A stretch of 62,358 nucleotides of DNA from Candidatus Thorarchaeota archaeon (lineage in GTDB: Archaea; Asgardarchaeota; Thorarchaeia; Thorarchaeales; Thorarchaeaceae), in NCBI GenBank assembly GCA_050124975.1, contig JASFEF010000003.1, forward strand, positions 1 through 62,358. The letters are read 5' to 3'. Shown here in pieces: positions 1 to 10,288 of this stretch (positions are counted from its first letter, which is position 1; each line of letters opens with the position of its first letter). The position numbers and the translations under genes were made by a program. The notes under the pieces are model-generated. The model ran no database searches. It was not told the DNA's origin and was given only the letters and a program-made list of their open reading frames with translations.

Positions 1-95
1 CAGGGGTTGGAGTAATTCTCAAACGAGATATTGCACCTAACAAACTCGTGATTGCAAAACAGGACCAATCTAAAATTGATTCAGAACGTAGATAG
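1..95 (+). CDS. 3' end of a truncated gene, possibly a hexapeptide-repeat (left-handed beta-helix) acyltransferase C-terminus
   Basis: The frame starting at nt 3 reads GVGVILKRDIAPNKLVIAKQDQSKIDSERR and stops at 93-95. The GxGxxL..DI.PN.LV pattern is typical of LbH transferase C-termini. The gene is cut by the window edge. Confidence 0.3.
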   Translation, partial: GVGVILKRDIAPNKLVIAKQDQSKIDSERR

Positions 96-107
96 TGAGG
101 AGAGGCC

Positions 108-1634
108 TTGTCATCTAAAACGCTGAAAGAGTTCAACACTACTGTGAAGAACATAAGCAGTGTTGATGTCTTGTTCGGATACTGTTACCCCTCCACATAC
201 CGAGCAGGGATGACCGGACTTGCATTACACATTTTCTACTCCATTCTAAACTCAAGACCAGATACCTCGTGTGAGCGTTACTTCCGGTTTGATACTTCAT
301 CGCCTGCTCTTTCGGTAGAGAGTCGGAGACCCCTGAGGAACAATCACATCATTGGATTTTCTCTCACATATGAGGAGGATATACTCAATTTAGTGAAGAT
401 GCTTGATTCTGGAGATGTGCCTGTGCTTGCTGAAAAGCGGACTGATGATGACCCCATCGTGATTGTGGGAGGCCCTGTTGTCACTGCAAACCCAGAGCCC
501 TTTGTTGATTTTGTAGATGCGTTTGTGATAGGTGAGGGGGATATAGTCATTCATGAGATTGTAGAAGCGGTTATGGCAGAAAGCTCCCGCAAAGAGGTCT
601 TGTCACAGTTTGCTGAACTCAATGGTGTTTATGTCCCGACCATACCAAAGGAGAAGATAGAACGTAATATCATACTTGACCTTGACTCACTCGACTATCC
701 TATCGCTCAGATCATCCCTGATGTTTCAGAGGGTTCTCGACTCGAGCCTGTCTTTGGCAAGTCATTCCTTCTAGAGGTGACTAGAGGCTGCGGTCACTCA
801 TGTCGATTCTGTCTTATTGGTCATGTATGTCAACCTAGAAGGACAAGAACTCTGAACAGACTGAAGGACCTCATAAGACTAGGAACAGAGAACACTCCGG
901 TCGACAAGGTTTCCATGATAGGCTCTTCTTTAGGAGATCTTGATGGGTTGGAGGGCCTTGTTTGTTGGTCCGTAGACCAAGGATTGGGAGTATCAGTGCC
1001 CTCTCTGCGTGCAGACTCCGTGAGTAAACCACTTCTTGAGTGTCTAGTCAAAAGCGGGCAACGAACTTTGACAATTGCCCCAGAAACAGGATCAACGAAG
1101 CTACGAAAATCAATTGGCAAAGGGTTGAGTGATACTGATATTGAAAATGCTGTAGAACTCGCAGCTCGTTCTGGATATAATTCTCTCAAACTCTACTTCA
1201 TAATCGGACTACCTGGAGAGACTGACGATGACCTCAAAGACTCCATCAATATGATTTTGAAACTAGTAAAAACCTCTGGATTGAAGGTCACCGCAAGTGT
1301 AAACCCATTCATTCCAAAGGCTCAGACCAGATGGGAGCGAGAACCTCAGCCCCCTCTAGACGAAATTCGTAGAAGGCTAAAACTAGTGGAGAGGGGAGTG
1401 AAAGAAGGTTCAAAGGCCACCATCGAATCGCTTGATCCAAGAAACGCAAGAATTCAAGCCGCACTCTCAGTTGGAGACCGTTCATTGGGAAAAGTGATTC
1501 AAAGTGCGGCAGTGTTTGGTGGGTATGCAGGATGGCGTCGAGCTGAGAAGGAAACTGGAGTTGAATTCTTCTCATTAGCAAATAACATAGAGAGACTACA
1601 AAATGAGCTGCCTTGGTCCTTTTTGCGCAATTAA
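108..1634 (+). CDS. Radical SAM protein with an N-terminal B12-binding-like domain
   Basis: CxxxCxxC cluster motif in TRGCGHSCRFCLIG. An N-terminal Rossmann-like segment (IVIVGGP...VIGEGD) is typical of class B-like radical SAM enzymes. TTG start preceded by GAGGAGAGG. Confidence 0.8.
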   Translation: MSSKTLKEFNTTVKNISSVDVLFGYCYPSTYRAGMTGLALHIFYSILNSRPDTSCERYFRFDTSSPALSVESRRPLRNNHIIGFSLTYEEDILNLVKMLDSGDVPVLAEKRTDDDPIVIVGGPVVTANPEPFVDFVDAFVIGEGDIVIHEIVEAVMAESSRKEVLSQFAELNGVYVPTIPKEKIERNIILDLDSLDYPIAQIIPDVSEGSRLEPVFGKSFLLEVTRGCGHSCRFCLIGHVCQPRRTRTLNRLKDLIRLGTENTPVDKVSMIGSSLGDLDGLEGLVCWSVDQGLGVSVPSLRADSVSKPLLECLVKSGQRTLTIAPETGSTKLRKSIGKGLSDTDIENAVELAARSGYNSLKLYFIIGLPGETDDDLKDSINMILKLVKTSGLKVTASVNPFIPKAQTRWEREPQPPLDEIRRRLKLVERGVKEGSKATIESLDPRNARIQAALSVGDRSLGKVIQSAAVFGGYAGWRRAEKETGVEFFSLANNIERLQNELPWSFLRN

Positions 1635-1742
1635 CGACTATAAGGCGAGCGCCGTCTTGGCAAAGCTCTTAAGTTAATTCTTGGAAGTCACTCTTGAGAT
1701 ACGCCATGACAAAGACTGGTCATGGTTGTCTGGTGACGATGC

Positions 1743-2087
1743 ATGTCTGAAGATGGTGAATTTCGGGAGGTCTTTCCCGCGCTCAGTAAAGAACTTGAAG
1801 AGCAAACCACGAAGACATTCAAGATAGATGGTGTCCGGACAATGGCGGAGGAAACAGATTCTACGGGAGGAAAAGAAACATTCACACCGGATGTCGTGGA
1901 CTATATTCGACGATGTGACACAGTGTCACAGGCTCTGGAAATAGTTGATTTTCTCATGAAACAAAATGAAATTAGTCCATCACAGGCCAAGGAAATAAAA
2001 GGTCAGCTGAAGGCTGATGGCTTGAGAAGCTTTGGTTCGAAGAAGGAAAAGGACCATTACCTCCACCACGGAATCGGCGAAGAGTAG
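1743..2087 (+). CDS. Small conserved hypothetical protein
   Basis: 114-aa ORF with coding-like acidic/helical composition and no competing ORF. Family not recognised with certainty. Confidence 0.45.
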   Translation: MSEDGEFREVFPALSKELEEQTTKTFKIDGVRTMAEETDSTGGKETFTPDVVDYIRRCDTVSQALEIVDFLMKQNEISPSQAKEIKGQLKADGLRSFGSKKEKDHYLHHGIGEE

Positions 2088-2211
2088 TACGGATAACCCC
2101 AAAACGGGGCACAGACTACTATGGGTTTTACAGGCTTATTAGAGTCAGTCTGGTAACTAAAGAGCACTGAGGGCAGTGTCATTCCTTGCACTTTGTCAGT
2201 GGAGGGGAAAG

Positions 2212-2661
2212 ATGAAGAAGAAACCTAAACTAAGTAGGAAACTATCAAAGATAGTCCGTGAGGCGGTATCTGAAGACCTAGAAACCTATGATATGCACAA
2301 GTGGAAAGCTGCGTGTAAAGGATTTGGACCAATTCACTATGTGAGTAGTACTAGAAGAATGTGGCTTGACAAGAATCAATATCGAATCGAAGGTGCAAGA
2401 GAGATTGTAGAATTCATGGATAAATGGATGACTCATTTTCGTAATATGGACGAGTTTGAGAACTATGTTGTGGCTGCAATAAAACAAGAGATTATTCTTG
2501 TCATCAGAAGAGCCCATCTGAGGATAAAGGATGAGAAAGGAATTCTGAATAGTGTAAAACTGAATGGATTCAAGACACTCATCAAGTGGGCGGATAATCC
2601 AATCGAACTCAGGAAAGGCCCTTACAAAGGACGCAAAACACTACCAAAGAGGTCAACGTAG
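2212..2661 (+). CDS. Hypothetical basic protein
   Basis: ORF 2176-2661. The internal ATG at 2212 (MKKKPKLSRK...) is the more plausible start. No recognisable motif. Confidence 0.4.
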   Translation: MKKKPKLSRKLSKIVREAVSEDLETYDMHKWKAACKGFGPIHYVSSTRRMWLDKNQYRIEGAREIVEFMDKWMTHFRNMDEFENYVVAAIKQEIILVIRRAHLRIKDEKGILNSVKLNGFKTLIKWADNPIELRKGPYKGRKTLPKRST

Positions 2662-2664
2662 CTA

Positions 2665-3375
2665 TTAGGGAGGTTTTCCTAATCCTCCTAAGTGGTAAAT
2701 CAACTGTTGGAGATAGGTCAGATTCATCCATTTCTTAACTTCATTTCTTGGATTCCGCCGTTCTAGAGCGTATTGAGCTAGAACTCTGAGCAGGTCACCC
2801 TTGAAACCCACAACTCCGTGAATCTTGTGTCCACGTCTTGAGAACGATTTCATGGTCTCTGCTTGACACGGAATTCGAATCAAGCAGTCAGGATTCAGAG
2901 AATGAAATGCAACTGTAGGAGTTTCTAATATCGACACAACATCCTCTCCCAGAGCAGCCATGTATCGCTTTCCCAAGGCAAGGTAGATGAGATCAAAATC
3001 GTTCTCCATCAGGTTGATGAATGATTCCTTAATCTTCAGTTTTTTGGCCTGTTTTCGTAGTTTTGTCATTTTCATGGATGTGAAACTACAGTCGTAGGGA
3101 GGAACTAGATCTTCTTCGTGCAATATACCGAATCCAGCGGATATGATGACTAATTGCACTGCAACACTAGGAATTGCTCTCAGCAAGTCAACAGCCTTGA
3201 CGAGTTCAGAGCTTTGGGGGCCAGTGTACATATCACGCGCCTGCACACAATCCGAAGAAAGTCGCTTTTTCCAGTAGTTGATATCATGTTCTTCATCGAT
3301 GTCAGTACATGTAGGTTGGTTGGAGTTGGTAGAGGTTTTTTTCTTGCCACAACTGCCTACTACTAAGACCCTCAC
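2665..3375 (-). CDS. Hypothetical protein (possibly DUF6884-like)
   Basis: 236-aa ORF. The motifs MYTGPQS ... ISAGFGIL ... PPYD resemble a family of uncharacterised prokaryotic proteins. It sits where atpD would be expected but does not resemble AtpD. Confidence 0.5.
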   Translation of the reverse strand: MRVLVVGSCGKKKTSTNSNQPTCTDIDEEHDINYWKKRLSSDCVQARDMYTGPQSSELVKAVDLLRAIPSVAVQLVIISAGFGILHEEDLVPPYDCSFTSMKMTKLRKQAKKLKIKESFINLMENDFDLIYLALGKRYMAALGEDVVSILETPTVAFHSLNPDCLIRIPCQAETMKSFSRRGHKIHGVVGFKGDLLRVLAQYALERRNPRNEVKKWMNLTYLQQLIYHLGGLGKPP

Positions 3376-3432
3376 TACTTCTTCCTCGAACTACAAGTAA
3401 GTATTAGCGTTCTTAAACACCGACAAGCTCGC

Positions 3433-4833
3433 TTAGTTTGGTTTGTAGACTCCCTTGTCACGGGCCCAGGATATTGTTTTAGGATCACAGCGCTTGAGCT
3501 CACGTTCAGGGAAGTCACTTAGTAGGTTCCAACCGATGTCAAGTGTTTGCTCAAATGATCGGTCCTCAAACTCACCCTGATTGATGAATTGGGACTCAAA
3601 CTTGTCTGCAAATTTGAGATACTTCTGGTCTCTTTCTGTCAGTGCCTCAGATCCGACGACTGCCACAAGATCACGAAGGTCTCGACCCTCGGAATAGGCA
3701 TAGTAGAGTTGTGCCTGTATTTCCTTGTGATCAAACCGGGTCATTCCTTCACCAATTCCTTCTTTCATCAATCGACTCAGAGATGGACCAGGATCGATTG
3801 GTGGGAAGATACCTCTCCTATGAAGTCCTCTTCCAACAATTATCTGACCCTCAGTGATGTATCCTGTGAGGTCAGGAATAGGATGAGTCATGTCATCCTG
3901 TGGCATGGAGAGAATTGGCATTTGAGTGATTGTTCCATTCCTTCCATGTATACGACCAGCTCGTTCATAGATTAGACTGAGGTCGGTGTAAAGATAACCA
4001 GGATATCCACGTCGTCCAGGCACCTCAGACCTTGCAGCACTAATCTCACGCAGTGCCTCTGCGTAGTTGGTCATATCTGTGAGAATAACTAGGACGTGCA
4101 TATCAGCCGTATAAGCCAAGTATTCTGCTGCGGTGAGTGCAGCCCTAGGAGTTATAATACGTTCAATGGCAGGGTCATTTGCAAGATTCAGAAAGAGTGT
4201 GGTATGTTCAAGAGCTCCTGTTTCTTCGAATGACTGCATGAAGTATTGAGCCTCAGTGGCTGTAATACCCATCGCACCGAACACAATAGCGAAATCACCC
4301 TCCTCACCGGGAATCTTAGCCTGTCGCACAATCTGTGCAGCTAGTCTATTATGAGGAAGACCGGAGCCTGAAAAGATTGGGAGTTTCTGTCCACGGACCA
4401 GTGTGTTAAGCCCATCAATCGCAGACACACCAGTCTGGATAGGCTGTCGTGGATATTGCCGTGCATAAGGATTGATTGGAGATCCGTAAATATCCCAGTG
4501 GTCCTCTGCAGTCAAGGGAGGTCCTTTGTCTAAGGGATTTCCAGCACCATCGAGTACTCTGCCCAGAATCTCTGATGAAACTGGAAGTTTAAGAGTTTCA
4601 CCCGTGAATCGTACAGCCGTTACATCCGTGTCAAGACCACTTGTACCTTCGAAAACCTGTATAACAGCACGGCCTTTGCCTGTTTCCAGAACTGTGCCTG
4701 TCAGTAACTCTCCAGTAGGAGACCTAATCTTCACGACTTCGTTGAATGATACATCATGCGTATTTTCAGCAACTAGTAACGGGCCACTAACATCAGAAAT
4801 TGTTCTGTACACGATTGAGGATTCTTTGGACAT
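3433..4833 (-). CDS. atpB: A-type (A1Ao) ATP synthase subunit B
   Basis: 466 aa. The N-terminus [16 protein letters not shown], the non-catalytic nucleotide-site region and the C-terminal helical domain are typical of archaeal/V-type B subunits. Confidence 0.95.
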   Translation of the reverse strand: MSKESSIVYRTISDVSGPLLVAENTHDVSFNEVVKIRSPTGELLTGTVLETGKGRAVIQVFEGTSGLDTDVTAVRFTGETLKLPVSSEILGRVLDGAGNPLDKGPPLTAEDHWDIYGSPINPYARQYPRQPIQTGVSAIDGLNTLVRGQKLPIFSGSGLPHNRLAAQIVRQAKIPGEEGDFAIVFGAMGITATEAQYFMQSFEETGALEHTTLFLNLANDPAIERIITPRAALTAAEYLAYTADMHVLVILTDMTNYAEALREISAARSEVPGRRGYPGYLYTDLSLIYERAGRIHGRNGTITQMPILSMPQDDMTHPIPDLTGYITEGQIIVGRGLHRRGIFPPIDPGPSLSRLMKEGIGEGMTRFDHKEIQAQLYYAYSEGRDLRDLVAVVGSEALTERDQKYLKFADKFESQFINQGEFEDRSFEQTLDIGWNLLSDFPERELKRCDPKTISWARDKGVYKPN

Positions 4834-4911
4834 TGTAGATACCGCCGTGGTCTTTCAGTATATGCTTCACTGCCGTAAAAGCAGCCGAGTTTTAAGAGTT
4901 ACGAAGTGCAT

Positions 4912-5427
4912 CTACAACCATACAACAACATGCAAGAAAGCAAGAATTGGTGCTAGCATCAATGCTCTAACTATTAGGGACTTGCCTTTTCCAGTAATAT
5001 CGTTTGCATTTGGTGTGAAGTATAGAATAGCTCCCACCAATAGACAGATTGCAGCAACAGCATCACCCAACCAGACTAGTAGGGAGATTAGCTCAACGTC
5101 ACTCATTCCAACAAATTGAAGCCATGCTGTTGTGGCACTCTCTAGCGTGATTGTTTCAACGCCACTGAATTGAGCAAACAGATTGACGATTAAGGGACCA
5201 ACGAAATATAGGACAATTCCCAATCCAACTAAGAACTTTGCCAGCCCATCACCTAGTCCAGTGGCGTATACCATAAACCCGATTAGAACGAAGATTAAGT
5301 AGCCACGGATGGCCAATGCAAAAAAGACATTCAAGATATCACTAACAGTATTGAACCAGTTCTCAGGCATCTGTAGATCAAAGGGAGATTGAAGCATTAG
5401 AAGCACTAGACTGACCATATGGCTCAC
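4912..5427 (-). CDS. Multi-pass membrane protein of unknown function
   Basis: 171 aa with 4-5 hydrophobic helices. Located between atpB and udg on the same strand. Confidence 0.55.
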   Translation of the reverse strand: MSHMVSLVLLMLQSPFDLQMPENWFNTVSDILNVFFALAIRGYLIFVLIGFMVYATGLGDGLAKFLVGLGIVLYFVGPLIVNLFAQFSGVETITLESATTAWLQFVGMSDVELISLLVWLGDAVAAICLLVGAILYFTPNANDITGKGKSLIVRALMLAPILAFLHVVVWL

Positions 5428-5462
5428 AGAAAGGAGTCAGTATGAGTGGATATAACGACCAC

Positions 5463-6014
5463 TCAAACGAGTTCTTGGCTGAGAAGATGAAAGTCCTTTC
5501 TCATTGCAGTTTTTATCTTGGGAAATCTGAGGGCTGCGGCAGGATGATAGGTCATGAAGTATTTCCTGTCACCATTTTCAAAGAACTTACCATGAGCCTC
5601 TGAAACCTTCCAAGGACCAATGAAAGAGGAGATTGCTACACCTCCTAAGAGAACTATGATTTGGGGGTTGATTATCTCAATCTGCCGCTCGAGATATGGT
5701 TTACAGGTATCAATCTCAGTCTTAGTAGGAGACCTGTTTCTCGGAGGTCTTGACTTTAGAATTGACGTGATAAAGACAGTGTTTCTAGAAAGTCCGATTT
5801 CTTGAATCATAGATATCAAGAGCTCTCCAGATTTTCCAACAAAAGGGCGACCAGACTCATCCTCTTTTGCACCGGGGGCCTCACCGACAAACATCACACT
5901 AGAGGTAATTGGTCCCTCACCCGGAACTGCATTCGTACGGGTCTTGTGTAAAGGACAAAGTGCGCAGTGTCTAATCTCATTATGCAGATCTTCAAGCTGT
6001 TCCTTACGCGTCAT
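5463..6014 (-). CDS. udg: Uracil-DNA glycosylase, family 4
   Basis: CALCPLHKTRTNAVPGEG ... MFVGEAPGAKEDESGRPFVGKSG ... HPAA match the family 4 UDG Fe-S cysteine and GEAPG motifs. Confidence 0.9.
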   Translation of the reverse strand: MTRKEQLEDLHNEIRHCALCPLHKTRTNAVPGEGPITSSVMFVGEAPGAKEDESGRPFVGKSGELLISMIQEIGLSRNTVFITSILKSRPPRNRSPTKTEIDTCKPYLERQIEIINPQIIVLLGGVAISSFIGPWKVSEAHGKFFENGDRKYFMTYHPAAALRFPKIKTAMRKDFHLLSQELV

Positions 6015-6079
6015 GTCTACTAGCTAAAATACACACATAGCGATAAAGGCCACGTATTTTCTGTGGCAACTTCGTTCAA

Positions 6080-7885
6080 TCATGCAGATTCTTGGTACAA
6101 AAGACCTGACTCTGACATCTCTTGGAGTAGTGATTGAAACTCTCCTTCTATCTTCTTCTCAATTGCATCCATTGTTTCATCATATGAGTCCCAAGGTGAG
6201 ATCTTCATTCTGGCGATGTTGTCAAGAACACTAAGCTCTAAGATTCTCCGGACTTGAACACCCATTTGTACAGCTTCTGTCATTTTGTGTGCGAAGTTGA
6301 TGATTATCTTCAACATTCGGTATGTCTTCCCGAGGGGTGAATACGTATCAATCTCATGTAGCGCACTCTGTGTCAGGAAGTCTTCCTTGATCATACGTGC
6401 AGCCTCTAGAATCGCACGTTCGGATTCTGGAAGTGCATCAGGACCTACAAGCTGGACAATTTCCCTAAGTTCTTGGTCCTTCTGGAGGAGAGCAAGAGCC
6501 TCTGTGACCAGTTCGGGCCAGTCGTCACCCATATTCTCTCTTTGCCATCTCTGAAGTGTGCCAAAGTAAAGTGAGTAGCTTGTCAGTGTGTTGATTGCCG
6601 GGAAGAACCTTCGAGCTGCAAGATCCTTATCCAGTGCCCAGAACACCTTTACAATCCGTAGAGTTGCTTGGGTGACAGGTTCTGAGAAGTCACCACCTGG
6701 AGGTGAAACAGCCCCACAGAGTGTGATTGAGCCGAGTTTTTCATCTGACCCAAGTGTCTTCACTCTTCCACCGCGCTCGTAGAACTGAGCCAGTCTTGAC
6801 CCAAGGTATGCGGGATAGCCCTCTTCAGATGGAAGCTGACCTAGACGACTTGAAATCTCACGCAACGCCTCAGCCCAACGGGAGGTGGAGTCAGCCATCA
6901 GAGCAACATCATAGCCTTGATCCCTGAAATATTCGGCAATTGTGACCGCCACATAGATTGAGGCTTCTCGAGCTGCAACAGGCATATTCGATGTGTTGGC
7001 AATAAGGACTGTCCGTTCCATCAAGGGGCGACCTGACTTCGGGTCTTTCAGATGTGGCCACTCCTCCAGTGCCTCAGTCATCTCATTTCCACGTTCACCA
7101 CATCCGACATAGACAACAACCTGTGCGTCAGCCCATTTGGCAAACTGGTGTAAAGTTACAGTCTTTCCAGTTCCGAAACCTCCTGGAATGGCACCTGTAC
7201 CACCTTTTGCTTGAGGCATGAAGGTATCAATGACTCGTTGTCCAGTCACAAGTGGAGTGTCCATCCCAACACGATCTTTGAATGGGCGACCCACTCTGAC
7301 AGGAGTCCTCTGCATCATCATGACATCATGGACATCGCCATGTTGGTCCTTTACCTTGCAGATGGTTTCATTGACTGTATACTCACCCTTATTGGCCAGT
7401 TCAACGATTTCACCCTGTACTCCCAAAGGAATGAGAATTTTAGATGTGATGATTCCAGTTTCAGGCACCTCGCCAATAATGTCGCCAGGTTCTACTTTGT
7501 TTCCTACTTTGACTGAGGGATTGAATTCCCATTTCTTCTCCTTATTGAGACCTTCAACACTAAGCCCTCTTGTGATAAAGTCGCCGGACATCTCACGTAG
7601 ATCGGGCAGAGGTCTCTGAATACCATCATAGATTGATCCTAGAAGGCCTGGACCGAGTTCTACTGACAACGAATCACCAGTGGCTTCCACTGGTTCACCG
7701 GGGGCAATACCAGATGTTTCTTCATAGACTTGGGCTGTAAACTCCTTATCTCCGACTTCAATCACTTCACCAATAATCTGCTGGTGCCCTACTCGAACAA
7801 CTTCATACATTCGAACAGCAGGAATACCAGAACACTGAACTACAGGTCCTGCAATGTTTTCAATTCGCCCAATTACTTTGGTCAA
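6080..7885 (-). CDS. atpA: A-type ATP synthase catalytic subunit A
   Basis: 601 aa. P-loop GGFGTGKTV, the non-homologous insert region of A subunits and a conserved C-terminal domain. No intein. Confidence 0.95.
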   Translation of the reverse strand: MTKVIGRIENIAGPVVQCSGIPAVRMYEVVRVGHQQIIGEVIEVGDKEFTAQVYEETSGIAPGEPVEATGDSLSVELGPGLLGSIYDGIQRPLPDLREMSGDFITRGLSVEGLNKEKKWEFNPSVKVGNKVEPGDIIGEVPETGIITSKILIPLGVQGEIVELANKGEYTVNETICKVKDQHGDVHDVMMMQRTPVRVGRPFKDRVGMDTPLVTGQRVIDTFMPQAKGGTGAIPGGFGTGKTVTLHQFAKWADAQVVVYVGCGERGNEMTEALEEWPHLKDPKSGRPLMERTVLIANTSNMPVAAREASIYVAVTIAEYFRDQGYDVALMADSTSRWAEALREISSRLGQLPSEEGYPAYLGSRLAQFYERGGRVKTLGSDEKLGSITLCGAVSPPGGDFSEPVTQATLRIVKVFWALDKDLAARRFFPAINTLTSYSLYFGTLQRWQRENMGDDWPELVTEALALLQKDQELREIVQLVGPDALPESERAILEAARMIKEDFLTQSALHEIDTYSPLGKTYRMLKIIINFAHKMTEAVQMGVQVRRILELSVLDNIARMKISPWDSYDETMDAIEKKIEGEFQSLLQEMSESGLLYQESA

Positions 7886-7912
7886 GGTTCAAATCTCCGG
7901 TTCAATCATAGA

Positions 7913-8269
7913 TTAGATGTTTATCTCGATTCCAACAGCTCTGCGAATCAGTTCTTTTAGCACTGTTTCATAGGCGCCAGTGGTTCCGTCTCTGTCAGGT
8001 ATCAGCAATATAACTGGTACGGGCGACTGGGACAGTTCAACAATCACATCTTCTACTTCTGCGGCCAAAGGTTCTGTGATCATGATAAGCCCCATAGAGG
8101 GGTTTCTGAAGAACTGATACAGCAAATCACGGGTTTCTTCGGGTGTTTTCGGAATAGCACATTCGCTAACACCGACCAACCGAAACCCGGTGACCGTATC
8201 CCTATCGCCAATCACTGCAATTTTATCACTAGACATGGATGCTACCACTGTAGTCGGACTTAGACTCAT
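7913..8269 (-). CDS. atpF: A-type ATP synthase subunit F
   Basis: KIAVIGDRDTVTGFRLVGV ... ILLIPD is the typical AtpF signature. The long ORF (to 8359) would overlap pyrI, so an internal ATG at 8269 or 8236 is the likely start. Confidence 0.85.
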   Translation of the reverse strand: MSLSPTTVVASMSSDKIAVIGDRDTVTGFRLVGVSECAIPKTPEETRDLLYQFFRNPSMGLIMITEPLAAEVEDVIVELSQSPVPVILLIPDRDGTTGAYETVLKELIRRAVGIEINI

Positions 8270-8318
8270 GCCAAGCTGTCCACTAAAAAAGCATTTGGAA
8301 TTGACGGGAGTACGAGTA

Positions 8319-8810
8319 TTAACCAGTAAATTGAGAAATGAAGTCTTGTTCTTCAACAATTGTCCAGCAATAGAGACATTTCAGCTTCACTGGTGTCTTT
8401 GATACGACTTCATACTTGCTTTGGATTGGCTCTCGCTCCTTGTTTGTCACGCACCTCTGATTTGGACACTGGAAGATGTCAGAGATTATCTCTGGAAGTT
8501 CAACTCTAGTCTTCTTTATGATTTTGAAATCCTCGATAAGGTTGATTGTGGCCTCTGGTGCAACAAGGGCAATCCGAGCAACCTCCTCATCTTCAAGGAA
8601 TCGATGTTCAACCTTCACAATGTCTTTCTTTCCAATCTTTGAGCTGGTTATGTTCATCGCCAATGAAACTATGTTCCCATCTTCGCCAGTAATTCCTAGG
8701 ATTTTAAGAACCTCTAGGGCTTTACCAGCCCTGATATGATCAATCACAGTTCCGTCATGAATTTTGACAATTCTGATCTTTTCAACACCAACTTTCTCAG
8801 ACATGTCCAA
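8319..8810 (-). CDS. pyrI: Aspartate carbamoyltransferase regulatory subunit
   Basis: VKIHDGTVIDHI allosteric-domain motif and the C-terminal zinc domain CPNQRCVTN ... LKCLYC. Confidence 0.9.
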   Translation of the reverse strand: MDMSEKVGVEKIRIVKIHDGTVIDHIRAGKALEVLKILGITGEDGNIVSLAMNITSSKIGKKDIVKVEHRFLEDEEVARIALVAPEATINLIEDFKIIKKTRVELPEIISDIFQCPNQRCVTNKEREPIQSKYEVVSKTPVKLKCLYCWTIVEEQDFISQFTG

Positions 8811-10240
8811 TCACACGCAGGTTCGTCCTATCAATCACCCGGTTTTAGACCTTCCCGTTTCCCGAAACCTAGACATTCCTAGACATTAGAGTCTTGGACT
8901 GATGTTCGGTTCCTGTTTCCTAGAGGTCCGCTCGACAAGTCCTGAGGACCCACCAAGTCTTACATCCTCTCCACAGGCAGTTAGGGTCTCCGGCAAACTG
9001 ACGGTGACCAGATTTAGTGCAGCGTTCAGATCCCTGTCGATCTGTAGCCCACACTGTTCACAAACATACTCTCGTTCCGAGAGCAATAACTCCTTCTTTA
9101 TGTGTCCACAGTGTGAACACAGCTTTGAGGAGGGAAAGGTCCTGGGCACAACGACAAGTTGCGAACCATACCACTGGCACTTGTACTCCAGTTGCCTCCT
9201 AAACTCGTAGAATCCCACATCTCCGATTGCCCGGGCCAGCCTCCGGTTCTTCATCATACCAGACACACACAAGTCCTCAATCACTATCTTGCTGTGGCTC
9301 TTGGCAAGATAGGTGGTTAACTTATGCAGATTATCCTGTCGGATGTTGAAAATTCTCAGGTACATCCTGGCTAAGCGTAACTTTGCTTTCTCGCTGTTCT
9401 TGCTCCCCTTCTTCTTTCGCGAGAGGCTTTTCGAGAACTGTCTGATTTTTTTGAGTTTCCTCCCAAAGGCTCGTGGATTGGCAAAGACAGTTCCATCAGA
9501 GAGTGTGGCCATTGTCTTGACACCAAGGTCCACACCCACCACCTGTCTATCTCTGGGTGTTGGATCAGGAATCTCCTCCTCCACAGTGACTGACACAAAC
9601 CATCGGTCAGCCCTCCTCCTCACTGTAATTGAGAGTATCCTTCCAGAATGATATCTTTCTCGCTTCTCCTTGATTCGGACCTTTCCGATTCGTGGGAGCT
9701 GAATCTTCCTTCCTTCGAACCTGATTGTCCCAGTCAGTCTGAAACTGTCCCTCACTCCCTTTCTCTTGAAGCGGGGAAATCCTATATTTTGTCCCTTCTT
9801 TAATCCTCGATAGAAGTTCTGGAAGGCTCGATGAAGGTCTCTGAGAGCCTCCTGTGGTGCGCACTTCGAACAGTCGTACATCCAAGGGAACTGGGTCTTC
9901 TTCAGACTGTTCAGTAGCTTGTGTTGCTTCATGGCATCAGTGAATCGTTCCTTTCCCTGGTTTGTCTTGATGAGAGTGATGCGTTGTTCGAGACCCCAGT
10001 TGTATGTAAAACGTGCGACTCCTGCATGTTGGTGAAGAGAAGACCTCTGATGGTTGTTGGGGTCGAGCTCGTACCTGTAGGCTTTGATAACCAACATGAG
10101 AGTCAGATGGTAGTGATGATAGTATAATAAAAGGTCATACGGAATTCAGTACATCTCTTAAGACAACAACTTGTTCTATGTTTCAGATTGTCTGAGTTCT
10201 TGGCAGTTGCTATCAAACTCTCCAAGCTTAAAGGCGAAGG
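8811..10240 (-). mobile_element. IS200/IS605-family (IS1341-like) element carrying only tnpB. Ends not defined.
   Basis: tnpB fills 8886-10097. No tnpA lies within the flanks. The boundaries given are simply the flanking intergenic limits. Confidence 0.5.
8886..10097 (-). CDS. tnpB: TnpB (OrfB) RNA-guided endonuclease, IS200/IS605 family
   Basis: N-terminal AYRYELDPN...FTYNWGLEQR. RuvC-I VGVDLGVK, RuvC-II IVIEDL, zinc ribbon CSHCG...CEQCG, RuvC-III DRDLNAALNL. Confidence 0.9.
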   Translation of the reverse strand: MLVIKAYRYELDPNNHQRSSLHQHAGVARFTYNWGLEQRITLIKTNQGKERFTDAMKQHKLLNSLKKTQFPWMYDCSKCAPQEALRDLHRAFQNFYRGLKKGQNIGFPRFKRKGVRDSFRLTGTIRFEGRKIQLPRIGKVRIKEKRERYHSGRILSITVRRRADRWFVSVTVEEEIPDPTPRDRQVVGVDLGVKTMATLSDGTVFANPRAFGRKLKKIRQFSKSLSRKKKGSKNSEKAKLRLARMYLRIFNIRQDNLHKLTTYLAKSHSKIVIEDLCVSGMMKNRRLARAIGDVGFYEFRRQLEYKCQWYGSQLVVVPRTFPSSKLCSHCGHIKKELLLSEREYVCEQCGLQIDRDLNAALNLVTVSLPETLTACGEDVRLGGSSGLVERTSRKQEPNISPRL

Positions 10241-10288
10241 TTGATATGCACAGCAGATGGACCACTCCCAGAAGACGGTGATGGTGTC

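Noticed and set aside
4526-5119. 197-aa ORF on the plus strand
   Set aside because: It is antisense to atpB and the adjacent membrane-protein gene. Its S/T/P-rich composition is typical of shadow ORFs opposite real genes.
8270-8359. Long form of atpF overlapping pyrI
   Set aside because: AtpF homologs are about 100 aa and begin near the KIAVIGD motif. The extension would overlap the pyrI 3' end by 41 nt.
8841-8850. 9-nt match GTTTTAGAC shared with 29362-29370
   Set aside because: A 9-mer recurrence is expected by chance at roughly this window size, and the flanks do not match.
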